Positions 10,680 to 21,593 of a stretch of DNA of 64,000 nucleotides are shown here, piece by piece (the stretch's first letter is position 1; every line of letters starts with the position of its first letter). The stretch is taken from assembly GCA_963665115.1 (NCBI GenBank), contig OY762007.1, positions 5,344,001 through 5,408,000 of the forward strand. Reading direction: 5' to 3'. The notes under the pieces are model-generated. The model ran no database searches, was not told the origin of the DNA, and worked only from the letters and a program-made list of their open reading frames with translations. Source of the stretch: an uncultured Rivularia sp. GTDB taxonomy: Bacteria > Cyanobacteriota > Cyanobacteriia > Cyanobacteriales > Nostocaceae. A program made the translations under genes and the position numbers.

Positions 10680-11609
10680 TTAATAGTTATATTCGGGTTT
10701 AATATCTCGCTTCATTAAATCCAACAGTGCTTGTCTTGGCGTAACTTCGGCTTGAAGTAAACGATAAACTTCTTGAGTTATCGGCATGGAAATATTTTGT
10801 TGTTTGGCTCGCTGTACTAAAACGGATGCTGTATTTACTCCTTCGGCAGTTTCCTGGAGTTGAGATAATACTTCTGCAAGCGTCTTTCCTTGGGCTAACT
10901 GATATCCGACTTGGTAATTACGACTTAAAGGACTGTTGCAGGTTGCTAAAATATCACCCAAACCGGATAAACCGTAAAAAGTTTCTAGTTTCGCACCCCA
11001 ATGTACGCCGATACGAACCATTTCAGTCAGCCCGCGAGTCAGTAGCGCCGCTTTGGCATTGGTTCCCAACTGCAAACCGTCACATACACCAGCGGCGATC
11101 GCCATCACATTTTTTAAGGTTCCCCCTAATTCCACTCCCAAAGGATCGGAATTTGTATAAACTCGAAATCTAGTTGAATTTAATACTAGCTGCACAGATT
11201 CCGCAGCACTTTCAATATTGCTAGCAACTACAGTCGCTGCTGGTAATTCCTGGGTAATTTCCTTGGATAAATTAGGACCGCATAAAACCACTACTGGATT
11301 ATTAGGAAAACTTTCTTGCCAAATCTGCGAAGGTGTGCAGGTAGTTTGAGGATCTAAACCTTTAGTAGCAGTGACAAAAATAGTTTGAGGAGAAATAGAT
11401 AAAGATTGGAGTTGAGAAGCAACATCTCTAACCCCTTTCATCGAAACAGCACTGAGAATAATATCGGCACCTTCCACCGTTTGTTTTAAAGTTTGCGAGG
11501 CGCGACGCGAGTATATTTTTACATTATGAGCGTTAGTTTGGGCAAGAGTTGCAAGAGCTTTTCCCCAAGCACCCGCACCGAGAATAGCAACTGTTTTTTG
11601 ATTAGTCAT
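10680..11609 (-). CDS. gpsA: NAD(P)H-dependent glycerol-3-phosphate dehydrogenase
   Basis: GAGAWG, ATKGL, GPNLS, LKNVMAIAAG, GLGDILATC, SRNY. Confidence 0.93.
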   Translation of the reverse strand: MTNQKTVAILGAGAWGKALATLAQTNAHNVKIYSRRASQTLKQTVEGADIILSAVSMKGVRDVASQLQSLSISPQTIFVTATKGLDPQTTCTPSQIWQESFPNNPVVVLCGPNLSKEITQELPAATVVASNIESAAESVQLVLNSTRFRVYTNSDPLGVELGGTLKNVMAIAAGVCDGLQLGTNAKAALLTRGLTEMVRIGVHWGAKLETFYGLSGLGDILATCNSPLSRNYQVGYQLAQGKTLAEVLSQLQETAEGVNTASVLVQRAKQQNISMPITQEVYRLLQAEVTPRQALLDLMKRDIKPEYNY

Positions 11610-11660
11610 AAAAATTACGTATGCGACGGTGGGAAATATAGCATTTTAGGTGTTATTTTT

Positions 11661-11716
11661 CGCCCTCACTCTGGAAGAGTGGGGCTACAATTACAAAGCC
11701 CACCTGCGTGGGCTAA
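11661..11716 (-). repeat. Two-hairpin dispersed repeat (CCCACGCAGGTGGG-type)
   Basis: Related copies at ~12725-12778 and ~32973-33066, and more divergent ones at ~18896-18950 and ~51562-51615. Confidence 0.7.
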
Positions 11717-11784
11717 ATAGAAAGCATCATTATAAAGAGTTGGTATCAATCTTGTTTTAATTATTTTGACAGCGATTATTATTG

Positions 11785-12405
11785 CTATACCGCACCAGCT
11801 TGAAAGATTTGGTTAGCTGTAAGTTTTAAATCGGGAAAAGTTTGAGAAACAATTAAATCATCATTTTGAAATTTATTTATTCGATATTCCCCATCAACTA
11901 AATTACAGATAGATATTGTTGGTTGTTTGGGATTTCCAATAAAATTACGTCCACCCAACGCTGCATAATCTATAATCCAATATTCTGGAATACCCATTTC
12001 CTCATAGTCAGCATACTTAAAGTAGTAATCATCTCTCCAATTAGTTGATACAACTTCAATTATTAAAGGTATTGATGCAGCACTAGTAAGAGTTGATGCT
12101 TTTTTCCACAATGATTCGTTTATCAAATTTGCGCGATTTAGTACCAGAATATCCGGGAAATAGCCAGTATCTTTTTGAGGAGGTTTGACTATAACTTTAT
12201 TAGGGATACTATAAGATAAATTTAATCGGTCAATTAAAGCACTGAGCTTTATAGTTAGAAATCCTGTAACTTCCTCATGTTCTCCAACTGGTTGCGCCAT
12301 TTCGATGATATTTCCATTGTGTAGTTCGTAGCTAATACCCGAATTTTCAGGTAGCCAATCGATAAATTCTTTAAAGGTTACTAATTTGGGTGGTGCTTGA
12401 GTCAT
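11785..12405 (-). CDS. Uma2 family (DUF820) endonuclease-like protein
   Basis: PDILV, IIEVVS, K.ADYEEMGIPEYWIID. Confidence 0.9.
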   Translation of the reverse strand: MTQAPPKLVTFKEFIDWLPENSGISYELHNGNIIEMAQPVGEHEEVTGFLTIKLSALIDRLNLSYSIPNKVIVKPPQKDTGYFPDILVLNRANLINESLWKKASTLTSAASIPLIIEVVSTNWRDDYYFKYADYEEMGIPEYWIIDYAALGGRNFIGNPKQPTISICNLVDGEYRINKFQNDDLIVSQTFPDLKLTANQIFQAGAV

Positions 12406-12534
12406 TGGTGGATAATTAATGCTTTGGAAATATTATCTCTAATTAAAAGGGGTTAGGGACTGCTTTGCTCCGACATAAGCAACCTCTGAACAAGTTTTGC
12501 CTAAATGAAGTTATTAGATAAATAAGTGAATCGC

Positions 12535-12993
12535 TTAGTTCGTACTACTAATGTCTACAATCATTTCCCCTTGTCGTAATCTTTCCAATGCATCGGGTAA
12601 TGTGACAATTAGAAGTTCGCGTAGATAACGATTAGTGACGTTACCACAAGTTAGCCAAATAATTTGGGGTGGTGTGCCTAGCCGACATACTAATACCAAT
12701 TCTGTATGAGGCTGCGCTTAATCACCCACAGCCTAGAAGGCTGAGGCTATAGCAACAAAGCCCACCTACGTGGGCTTAATTCGGCGCATCTTTATAAAGA
12801 AATGGTATAAGTCAACGAAGTCACTATCTTTTGTGATGATGACTGCGTTAACAGTCCGCGCCACTTCAAAAATATCGGTATCTTTTGAGTCTCTTAATCC
12901 AATATCTCGCAGTGCTGAAGCCTCTAAGCTAAAAGTATTTGCGATCCAGTTTGCTAAGGTTGGGGGTAACTGAGCATCAATCCAAATTTTCAT
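12535..12993 (-). pseudogene. DUF5615 PIN-like toxin interrupted by a MITE
   Basis: MKIWIDAQLPP...ITKDSDFVDL | VCRLGTPPQIIWLTCGNVTN...DISSTN* once 12694-12810 is removed. Confidence 0.85.
12694..12807. mobile_element. 114-bp MITE with imperfect 24-bp TIRs and TAA target duplication
   Basis: Ends TACCAATTCTGTATGAGGCTGCGC and (revcomp) TACCATTTCTTTATAAAGATGCGC match at 19/24; TAA at 12691-12693 and 12808-12810. Confidence 0.8.
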
Positions 12994-13214
12994 GCAGTCA
13001 AACGAGAGAAATCAGTGCGTCGTGCAGCAAACAGTAGACAAGCTTGGATATTTTCAGGTTCTAGATCGGGAAAGTCTTCTAAAATTTCAGTAGTACTAAC
13101 ATTTTCTGCCAACATTTATAAAATATCGCTTACCCTAATTCTCATACCTCGAATGCAAGGGCGACCACCGCACTGACCGGGTATTTGGGTAATCCGAGTT
13201 AATAAGTTATTCAT
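12990..13214 (-). pseudogene. DUF433 antitoxin with a premature stop
   Basis: MNNLLTRITQIPGQCGGRPCIRGMRIRVSDIL*MLAENVSTTEILEDFPDLEPENIQACL...; TAA at 13116-13118; its stop overlaps the toxin start (ATGA). Not in the ORF track. Confidence 0.85.
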
Positions 13215-13291
13215 CGAATGCCTCAAGGTGAGATTCTCTTATCATACAAAAGTGGTGCGGCGTTGCGGAATAAGTTCCAAATTTTACAAAA

Positions 13292-13476
13292 AAGGCAGTC
13301 GGCAATCGGCAGTCGGCAGTGGGTAAGAAGTATCAATTTAAACTTTAGTTCTGAGTTTAAAGCTCAGTAAAAATAAATAATTATACAGAGGCTGCTTGCA
13401 GCGAGGTATAAAACGTCAATTTTTCAATCTCACTCTTTTAAGGGTGAGTCACTACTGCCCACTGCCTACTGCCTAT
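13292..13476. repeat. MITE-like element with inverted heptamer-repeat ends
   Basis: Left end AGGCAGTCGGCAATCGGCAGT; right end ACTGCCCACTGCCTACTGCCT. Confidence 0.5.
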
Positions 13477-13497
13477 GAACTTTGGGGGATTTTGCTG

Positions 13498-13719
13498 ATG
13501 AGCCGAGTTAACTATAATGCAATGTCCGATGCTGAGTTAAAACAGTATTTTCTTAAACATCGTGGAGATGAAATTGCTTTTCAAGCATATTTAGAGAGAA
13601 TCAATCAACGTCCGTTGAGAATTATTGCAAGTGCGGGTGATGCTGATTTTGATGATAAAGTTCAAGCGGCAATTCGTCAAAAGTTAGAAGCTGCGAGGAT
13701 AAGTAGAAATCAGCAATAA
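13498..13719 (+). CDS. Small cyanobacterial protein, DUF6887-like
   Basis: MSRVNYNAMSDAELKQYFLKHRGDEIAFQAYL pattern; start at the ATG at 13498. Confidence 0.6.
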   Translation: MSRVNYNAMSDAELKQYFLKHRGDEIAFQAYLERINQRPLRIIASAGDADFDDKVQAAIRQKLEAARISRNQQ

Positions 13720-13777
13720 GAATGTTAAGTGAAAAGCGATTGATTAAGAGTAAAACAGTGGCGATCGCTTAAAATTT

Positions 13778-14006
13778 ATGTCTTCCTTCACAGCGTGTTG
13801 TGCATAGCAACCCTGAAATATTAGGGGGAACACCTGTATTTATTGGCACTCGCGTACTGATTAAAACTTTACTTGATTATCTGGAAGCGGGTGACTCTTT
13901 GAATGAATTTATTGACCATTTCCCAAGCGTTAGTCGGGAGCAAGCAGTTGAAGCGCTGGGATTAGTAAAGGAAATAACCAATTTCCAAATACATGACATC
14001 AAATAA
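13778..14006 (+). CDS. Orphan DUF433 antitoxin-like protein (frameshift just after the ATG at 13778)
   Basis: HSNPEILGGTPVFIGTRV...DYLEAGDSLNEFIDHFPSV; no toxin gene follows. Confidence 0.8.
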
Positions 14007-14754
14007 AATTTTTATTCCATTAATATCTCTCATTTTATTAATGCTTGGAAGTTCAATTGTTTTAAATATCATTCTCTATAATCAAGCTAAAAAATATTAC
14101 CTCCAGGTTAATGAAACTCGTTTAGATCCTTTTGGGTTAAGTCACTATCCCGTAAATCTCAATAAATCTACCGACGAAGATAAAATCCGTGTAGTTTTCT
14201 TCGGTGACTCCAGAGCGGATGGTTGGATATCGCCTAAAATCGATGGATATGAGTTTATCAATCGTGGAATTCATGCTCAAACTTCGGTGCAGACACTTGA
14301 GCGGTTTGAATATCACGTTAATTCTTTGCAACCTAATATAATAATTATCCAAGTTGGTGTTAACGATTTGAAAACTATTGCTTTGTTTCCAGAGCGTAGA
14401 AATTCAATTGTTGCTAATTGTCGAGCAAATCTTAAGCAAATTGTAGATGAATCTAAAGAATTAGGTGCAACAGTCATTTTAACTACTATTTTTCCGGTGG
14501 GGGAAGCACCACTTCAACGCAAGCCTTTTTGGTCGGATGATATACAATCGGCAGTTAATGATGTGAATGATTATATAGCGACATTAGCTGAAGACAAGGT
14601 GATTATATTTGATAGTTTCTCGATTCTTGCCAATAGTCAAGGAATGATGTTGCAGGAATATGCTTTGGACGAATTACATTTGAATAATCTGGGATATGAA
14701 ATACTTAATAAAGAACTGGTGCAGCTACTTAATAAGATAACTAAAACAAATTAA
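13993..14754 (+). CDS. SGNH/GDSL hydrolase with N-terminal membrane anchor
   Basis: FFGDS, NRG, GVND, DELHLN blocks. Confidence 0.9.
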   Translation: MTSNKIFIPLISLILLMLGSSIVLNIILYNQAKKYYLQVNETRLDPFGLSHYPVNLNKSTDEDKIRVVFFGDSRADGWISPKIDGYEFINRGIHAQTSVQTLERFEYHVNSLQPNIIIIQVGVNDLKTIALFPERRNSIVANCRANLKQIVDESKELGATVILTTIFPVGEAPLQRKPFWSDDIQSAVNDVNDYIATLAEDKVIIFDSFSILANSQGMMLQEYALDELHLNNLGYEILNKELVQLLNKITKTN

Positions 14755-15043
14755 TCGCCCTTTTTTATTAGCAAACCCGAACTTTACAAGATTTAATCGG
14801 GGCGTTGCTTTTCATCATCTTAAACCGAGTGTTTGCAGATAATAAAAAGGTAATTCATTGGGTACGAATGCTTTCAGAAAAATTTTGGATTGTCTCAGAT
14901 TATACGAGCTTGGTATGGCGTAACTAAGAGTTTAGAGAGGTTTGCACAAAAGCATTTCCAGCCCTTTCGCCATTTCCGAAACCAGATAGGTTAATGATGC
15001 TAGCTTTGGATCTTTATGTAAAAAAGCCTTAGTTTTAAATTTA

Positions 15044-15262
15044 ATAGACGTGAATCCATTAACGTTTAGCTCGTTTGTCTCTCAAAATTCGTCAAATATG
15101 ATAGACAAAACTTTTTGATGTGAATGGGTTAACGTCAAACTAGTTTGTCTCTCAAAATCAGCCAAATATGATAGACAAAGCATTTTGATGTGAATCTGTT
15201 AACGTCAAATTAGTTTGTCCTTCAAATTTCAATATTTATTGAACTCTAATAACTTTGATGTA
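15044..15262. repeat. About 3 tandem 70-bp units made of two alternating palindromes
   Basis: GTGAAT recurs at 15050, 15120 and 15190; TTTGATGT recurs at 15254-15261. Confidence 0.85.
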
Positions 15263-15298
15263 AAAATATCATTGAATATTAATATCTAATTCAAACTC

Positions 15299-16435
15299 AT
15301 GGGGTCGAGAGTTATGGTTCTTAAGTTTGATAATGCGGTGGATTATCATTACGATAAATTTCCTCCAAATACCCTTGATTACGGAAAATTTGTAGAGTCA
15401 TTAGTAAAAGCGACTGATGCTGTGGCTCGGTATGACCAGATGCTGAAAAATATGCACAACAGTGAAATACTGTTAGCACCTTTAAGAAACCGAGAAGCAG
15501 TTATATCTTCGAGAATTGAAGGAACTGTTAGTACGATGGATGAAATTCTTAAGTACGAGGCAGATAGCGATGATGAATCAGGAGTTACCTCAAACGTTAG
15601 ATTGGAAGTTATTGAAACTATTCTTTACCAAAGAGCGCTCAAAGCAGCCCAAAGAACTATAGAAGATGGTTATCCGCTATCGCAACATTTAATAAAAGCA
15701 ATTCATCAAGAGTTATTATCTATTGGTCGGGGAAAATCAAAATCACCCGGTGAATTTAAAAATGAACAAAATTATCTCGCCGATACCTTGACAAGAAACG
15801 TATTATTCATCCCTATTAGTCCTGAAAAGCTACAGGATGGATTGGATAAACTGTTTCAATATATCGAGCAAAGTACGCATACTACATTAGTTAAAACGGC
15901 TATTACGCATGTTGAATTTGAAGCGCTGCATCCATTCCAAGATGGAAATGGACGCATCGGCAGAATGCTGATTACGTTAATGCTATGGTCTTTTGGAGCA
16001 ATATCAAAACCTCATTTTTATATTAGTGGATATTTGGAAGATAACAAAAATCTGTACACAGATACAATGAGAAATGTTTCTATAAATAATGACTGGGAAG
16101 GATGGTGCAAATTTTTTCTAGAAGCTATTGAGCAGCAAGGAATCAGAAATCTTACGATTGCAGAAAATATACAAGGCTTGTATGAAGAAATGAAAGTTGT
16201 ATTTTCGGATGTATTAAACTCAAAATGGAGTATACATGCTCTTGATTACGTGTTTACAAATCCGATATTTAGGAATAACAAATTTACAGCAAAAAGCGGT
16301 ATTCCAACAGCTAGCGCTGCAAGATTTACCAGGATATTGCTAGAAAATAATCTTCTAAATATAGTGGAAGAAGCATCTGGAAGAAAAGCAGCACTATATT
16401 CTTTTGAACGGTTAATGAAACTTGTTAGGGTTTAG
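15299..16435 (+). CDS. Fic family protein (Fic_N + Fic, probable C-terminal HTH)
   Basis: Canonical HPFQDGNGRIGR motif and SSRIEG inhibitory-type motif. Confidence 0.92.
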   Translation: MGSRVMVLKFDNAVDYHYDKFPPNTLDYGKFVESLVKATDAVARYDQMLKNMHNSEILLAPLRNREAVISSRIEGTVSTMDEILKYEADSDDESGVTSNVRLEVIETILYQRALKAAQRTIEDGYPLSQHLIKAIHQELLSIGRGKSKSPGEFKNEQNYLADTLTRNVLFIPISPEKLQDGLDKLFQYIEQSTHTTLVKTAITHVEFEALHPFQDGNGRIGRMLITLMLWSFGAISKPHFYISGYLEDNKNLYTDTMRNVSINNDWEGWCKFFLEAIEQQGIRNLTIAENIQGLYEEMKVVFSDVLNSKWSIHALDYVFTNPIFRNNKFTAKSGIPTASAARFTRILLENNLLNIVEEASGRKAALYSFERLMKLVRV

Positions 16436-16440
16436 TTGTG

Positions 16441-16816
16441 ATGACAACCGAGCTAATGATCAATTTTATCTCAGGTCATCTTGATTTAACTCAAGAAGAA
16501 TTTGACGAACATTGTCGCCATCAAATTAATAATGCTCTAGAAAAAAATCAAAGTTTTGTTGTTGGAGATGCTGTCTTGTGCAGATACGTTAGCACAGCAA
16601 TATCTTTTTGGTAAAACAAAGGCAGTTGTGGTTTATCATATGTTTGAAAGTTCTTGGTTCGGGATGCGGGGTTTCCTACTCGCGGGGAATTTCAAAGTGA
16701 TGCAGAACGCTATGAACAAATGAAGCGGGATTCTCCTTGCTGATATTGCTTGGGTAAAATCGGGTAGAAAAAAGTCTGGAACTCAGAAGAATCTAGATAG
16801 ACGGAATCGAATTTAA
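16441..16816 (+). pseudogene. Degraded small SLOG-like protein gene
   Basis: Fragments across frames read MINFISGHLDLTQEEF...FVVGDA / ADTLAQQYL...VVYHMF / DIAWVKSGRKKSGTQKNLDRR; several frameshifts. Confidence 0.5.
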
Positions 16817-16854
16817 TTCATAATTGATACATTTACTATCGATCAGTTAATCTT

Positions 16855-17574
16855 ATGTCGGCGAAATTTTATCAGCCTTATCAACCATTATTGTTACGTA
16901 TTCTTCACGGTTTAATTGGCTTATTTACGATTTTAGCCATTATTACTGCTTTTTGGACTTACGATATTTATGATGCACGTTGGGGGACAATTTCGCTACC
17001 TAAATTTACAGAGATTGAAGGTATTCATGGGACGTTTGGATTGTGGACTTTACTAATTTTTCCTCTATTTGTTATCTATGCTTTTCATCGAGGTCAAAGA
17101 AGATTAATTCAGTCAGATTCGTTGAATGCACTAACTAAATTTGCAAAACCAATTTGGTGGTATACTCTGCATCGCTTAATTAATACTTTGAGTATTTTGA
17201 CTGTTACTTTTGCTGTTTTTTCTGGCAAGATGATGGATGAAAAGTGGCTTCCTCAAGGAGAACTTAATCACTCCTGGTACTATGCTCATCTTTTTTCTTG
17301 GCTTGTTTTAGTAACTTGTATCGCTCTTCATGTATCGATGAGTATTAAGCTTGGAAGTGTACCTTTAATTTTATCAATGCTGAATCTACAGTTTCGTAGT
17401 CAAGATAATCCAAATTTGTGGCGCAAAAATTTTGATAATTGGCGTTCTAATTTTGAGATGGTGATGGTTAAGGAATGGCTATCATCTCTTTCTTTACTTA
17501 AGATTATAGAAATTTTTGTATTATTTTCTATTGTTTTAAGTTGGATAATTTCGTTGATTAAAGAAATTGGCTAA
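16855..17574 (+). CDS. Cytochrome b/b6-domain membrane protein (Ni/Fe-hydrogenase cytochrome b-like)
   Basis: Multiple TM helices with spaced His residues (LRILH, GIHG, YYAH, IALH). Confidence 0.7.
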   Translation: MSAKFYQPYQPLLLRILHGLIGLFTILAIITAFWTYDIYDARWGTISLPKFTEIEGIHGTFGLWTLLIFPLFVIYAFHRGQRRLIQSDSLNALTKFAKPIWWYTLHRLINTLSILTVTFAVFSGKMMDEKWLPQGELNHSWYYAHLFSWLVLVTCIALHVSMSIKLGSVPLILSMLNLQFRSQDNPNLWRKNFDNWRSNFEMVMVKEWLSSLSLLKIIEIFVLFSIVLSWIISLIKEIG

Positions 17575-17653
17575 TTATTTGTGTAATTTATAGTTTAATT
17601 AATTTATATGTTTTACTGTTTCTCTGTTAACTTTTAAATAATTACTTGAATAT

Positions 17654-18779
17654 ATGGATCAATATTTTGCAACGGTTGCTCGTGGATTGGAAGAACTTGC
17701 AGCTAAAGAGTTAGAGCAATTGGGTGGGAAGTCTGTAGAGCCTGGGTTTTGCGGCGTGGAATTTAGTGGCGATCTCACTCTACTTTATCGGGTAAATCTC
17801 TGGGCTAGGCTACCATTCCGAATTTTATTCAAGGTGCATTATTTTCCTTGCAAAACCTCAAAAGACCTTTATAACGGTATTCAAACTATTGAATGGCAAG
17901 ATTATCTCACGCCAGAAGATACGTTAGCGGTAAACTCTACTGGTAAAAATGACGAACTCAACCACACTCACTTTACAGCGCTTCAGGTGAAAAACGCCAT
18001 AGTTGACCAGCAGCAGGAAGTTTTTGGGGAACGTTCTAATGTTGAGCTTTACAATCCAGATTTACGGGTTAACGTACATATCCGTAATGATTTTTGTACT
18101 GTTAGTCTTGATAGCTCCGGTACTAGTTTACACCGTCGGGGTTATCGTCCAGCGGTTGGAGCGGCTCCTTTGAAGGAATCTCTAGCGGCTGCTTTAATTC
18201 AGCTTTCTGGCTGGCAACCGGAACAAATGTTCTACGATCCACTTTGCGGTTTCCGGTACTCTACCGATAGAAGCTTGTTTAAAGTCATTGAATATTGCAC
18301 CGGGTTTATTCCGAGAATCTTTTGGTTTTGAAACCTGGAGAGATTTTGATTTGTCGCTTTTGGAAAAGTTAATCGCGGAAGCGGAAGCTTGTCAATTAGA
18401 TACACTTCCTGCATCGATTTGGGGAAGCGATAATAATGAAGATGTTATCGAGCAAGCAAATATTAATGCGACAAATAGCGGTGTTGAAAATCATATTTAT
18501 TTTTCACAAATGGAGCTTGCTGAAGTTGCAGCACCCGCAGATAGTGGGGTTTTGTTCTGCAATCCACCTTATGGGGAACGTTTAGGAAGAGATAGCGATT
18601 TAGGGTTATTTTATAAGCTTTTGGGTGATGTGATGAAGCAGCGTTTTAAGGGTTGGACTGCATTCATATTGAGTGGAAATAAGGAATTGGCTAAATATAT
18701 AGGATTGAAATCATCGCAGCGGATTGCGGTATATAACGGGACTTTACCCTGTCAGTTGATGAAATATGAATTGTATTAG
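17654..18779 (+). CDS. THUMP-domain RNA methyltransferase (RlmL-like), apparent +1 frameshift at TTT 18250-18252
   Basis: SLHRRGYR, APLKESLAA, DPLCG(SGT), NPPYGERL. Confidence 0.88.
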
Positions 18780-18981
18780 CAATACTAGGCTATTTTTTCA
18801 GCCTCAGAGCGCAGAGTTTTTAAACTTATTTGTTAAGTTAAGTAATTATTACCAAAAAAAGTAACCAATATTACTATTAATTACGTTTAAATTATTAGTC
18901 CATTTTAACGGACTTTTGCTATTAGCTGGGGGTTTGCAACCCCCAGTGGATATAAGCATAGTTGAATAATTAAAATATCGA

Positions 18982-19755
18982 TTACCGCATAAAACCCGCA
19001 AAAGGACAGCGACTAACTTGTGAATTTACGGTTGTTGGTTTTAATTTTGGTTGAAATAAATTCTTGATAAAACCCCAAAATTTCTGTTGTAAAGAAGAAG
19101 ATGAATTTTTACCACCTGATGTAAGTTTATCTAAAAATTGATTATTGTCATAATAGTGTTCTAATGACAATATTTTCAAATCATCATTCACTTTAACAAT
19201 ACTCATGCCAATTACTTCAATTTTTTCTTCCGTGGGAAGATAATCTTTATAAGCTCCTCGGAAATGTCCCCAATGTCTCCATTTAACAGTAATTGTTGGT
19301 GGTGCGGAATATACTTCTAATACTTCCCATAAAAAGCCTTCGGGGAATGCTGAATGAAAAAGATGAGTGGAAGTTTCAAAGTCTTCTTCTGATGCTTTGT
19401 AATGTTCGGTGTTACCAATTAATAATTTATAGGTACCGGAATCTAGTAAATCTTCTAATTTATAGTTAGTTCCACCGTTGGTACTCATGCGAAACTTATC
19501 TTGTACGACGGATATCCACTGTTGAGGATTGGTTTTGAAATTGGCTTCAACATCGAATGTTCTGACTAAGTTTTGTACGAGTGCTTCTAATGAATTTTGG
19601 GGATGATTTTGAGTGCTTTCTGTAGCTAATTTTTCGTTAGAGTAAGTATAATCTGGTTGTTTACCATAACGCCACTGTACGTTTTTATCGGACTTTAATA
19701 CGGTGTCGCGATTTTGTACCCAGAGCGGTAGTTTTTCGGTGTTGATAGGATTCAT
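18982..19755 (-). CDS. SnoaL-like 'pathogen-related protein' homologue
   Basis: WRYGKQPDY, FPEGFLWEVLEVYSAPP, WRHWGHF motifs. Confidence 0.75.
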   Translation of the reverse strand: MNPINTEKLPLWVQNRDTVLKSDKNVQWRYGKQPDYTYSNEKLATESTQNHPQNSLEALVQNLVRTFDVEANFKTNPQQWISVVQDKFRMSTNGGTNYKLEDLLDSGTYKLLIGNTEHYKASEEDFETSTHLFHSAFPEGFLWEVLEVYSAPPTITVKWRHWGHFRGAYKDYLPTEEKIEVIGMSIVKVNDDLKILSLEHYYDNNQFLDKLTSGGKNSSSSLQQKFWGFIKNLFQPKLKPTTVNSQVSRCPFAGFMR

Positions 19756-21593
19756 AATTGCCTCTTACAAGCTATAAAGGAATACTGATAAATTACAAAT
19801 TGGCAAATAAATCGTATATTTGGCAGCAGTTGATACAGCGCTTTAATTATTTGGGAATAATCTAATTAATAACTGCAATCTGCTGTATTTGTAATTTCAT
19901 CTATAAGCATGATGTCATTTATTAATTTTCAGTACCAGGGAAGTTCGGGAAGTTAAGGAAATAAGTTATTTATATTCAATAAAAATCTCATCTCATCCCA
20001 TCCTCTTTCCTTTTTAAGGAGAGGGAAAGGGGGTGAGGTTAAAATCCATAACTTCTATATTAAATATAATTATGACGGGACAAAAAAGAGGTAGAGGAGT
20101 TGTTTTAACAAGTGAAGGATGGGATAAACTACAAAAAGCTTTACAAGAATGGGAAAATAAAACTAATTCTGATAAACCATTAACTATTGAGGCTTTAATT
20201 GAAATTACTCAATTAGATCCAGCTACAATTTCTAAAGTTTTACGTCGAGAGGTTGGAGTTGATAGACGTACTTTAGAAAGATTTTATCGTAGTTTTAATT
20301 TGGAGTTGGATAAACATGATTATACAAAGTTGAATTTAAGAAATAAACATAAAAAACATAAGCATTTTTGCAGTGAAGCACCGGATGTTTCTATTTTTTA
20401 CGGACGTACTGAAGAATTAAATATATTACAAAAGTGGATTATAACTGATTGCTGTCGTTTAATTACATTAGTAGGAATTGGTGGTATAGGGAAAACAAGT
20501 TTATCTGCTAAATTAATTCAAAATTTCAGAGATAATTTTGATTTTACAATTTGGTTTTCTTTGCGAAATGCTCCACCACCTTTAGAAATCATTACTAATT
20601 TATTACAAGTTTTATCGAATGGGGAAGAAATTGATTTAACTAAAAATATTACTTTGTTAATCAATAAATTACTTAGTTCTCTACAAAATCAACGCTGCTT
20701 ATTAGTTTTCGATAATGTTGATGCTGTTTTTTGTGATAGTAAAATTGCAGGGAATTATCTAGAAGGGTATGAGGGTTATAGTGAGCTTTTTCAAAAATTA
20801 GGTGAAACACAACATCAAAGTTGCCTGTTAATTACTTCTAGAGAAAAGCCAAAAGAAATTGCTGCTATTGAAGGGAAGGAATTACCCGTTCGTTATTTAC
20901 AAATGAATGGTTTGGGAATTCCGGAAGTTAAGGAAATTTTTAAAGCAAAAGGAATTAATAATACTATAGATTCAGATTGGGAACAGTTAACTATTAATTA
21001 TGCTGGAAATCCTCTATATCTGAAATTTATCGCTACTACAGTAATAGAATTATTTGATGGGAATATTTCTGATTTTATCGCTCAAGGAAGTACGGTATTC
21101 GGTGATGTTCGCAATCTGATAGCACAGCAATTTAATCGTTCATCGGAATTAGAAAAATCGTTATTATATCGGTTAGCGATTCATCAAGGTGCTGTCGTTC
21201 TAAAAGAACTGGACGATTTTAATCAAAATCAGTCATTTCACTTATTAGAAATACTAGAATCATTAAATCGTCGTTCGCTGATTGAGAAAAATAATTCTAA
21301 ATTCTCGCTTCAACCAGTAGTCATGGAATATGTGACTATAAATTTCATCGACAAAATATATCAAGAAATTATTTCTGGGGATATTTCATTATTCAAGAGT
21401 CATGCTTTACTAAAAGCTACTTCACCGGATTATATTCAAGATATACAAAAACGTTTAATTATTAAACCAATTATTGAACGTTTAGAAATGTTTTTCGGAA
21501 ATAACAATCAAATTGAAACTCATTTAATTAATATTTTAGATGATTTTCGAGGTAGAACGCAGTATTTTACAGGTTATGTTATTGGAAATATAA

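Noticed and set aside
14757..14995. Possible gene fragment between the GDSL gene and the Fic array
   Set aside because: It is a short open stretch with no start codon context and no family I can recognise.
15044..15262. 70-bp array as a CRISPR array
   Set aside because: There are no unique spacers (units are similar along their whole length), only ~3 units, and no cas genes in the window.
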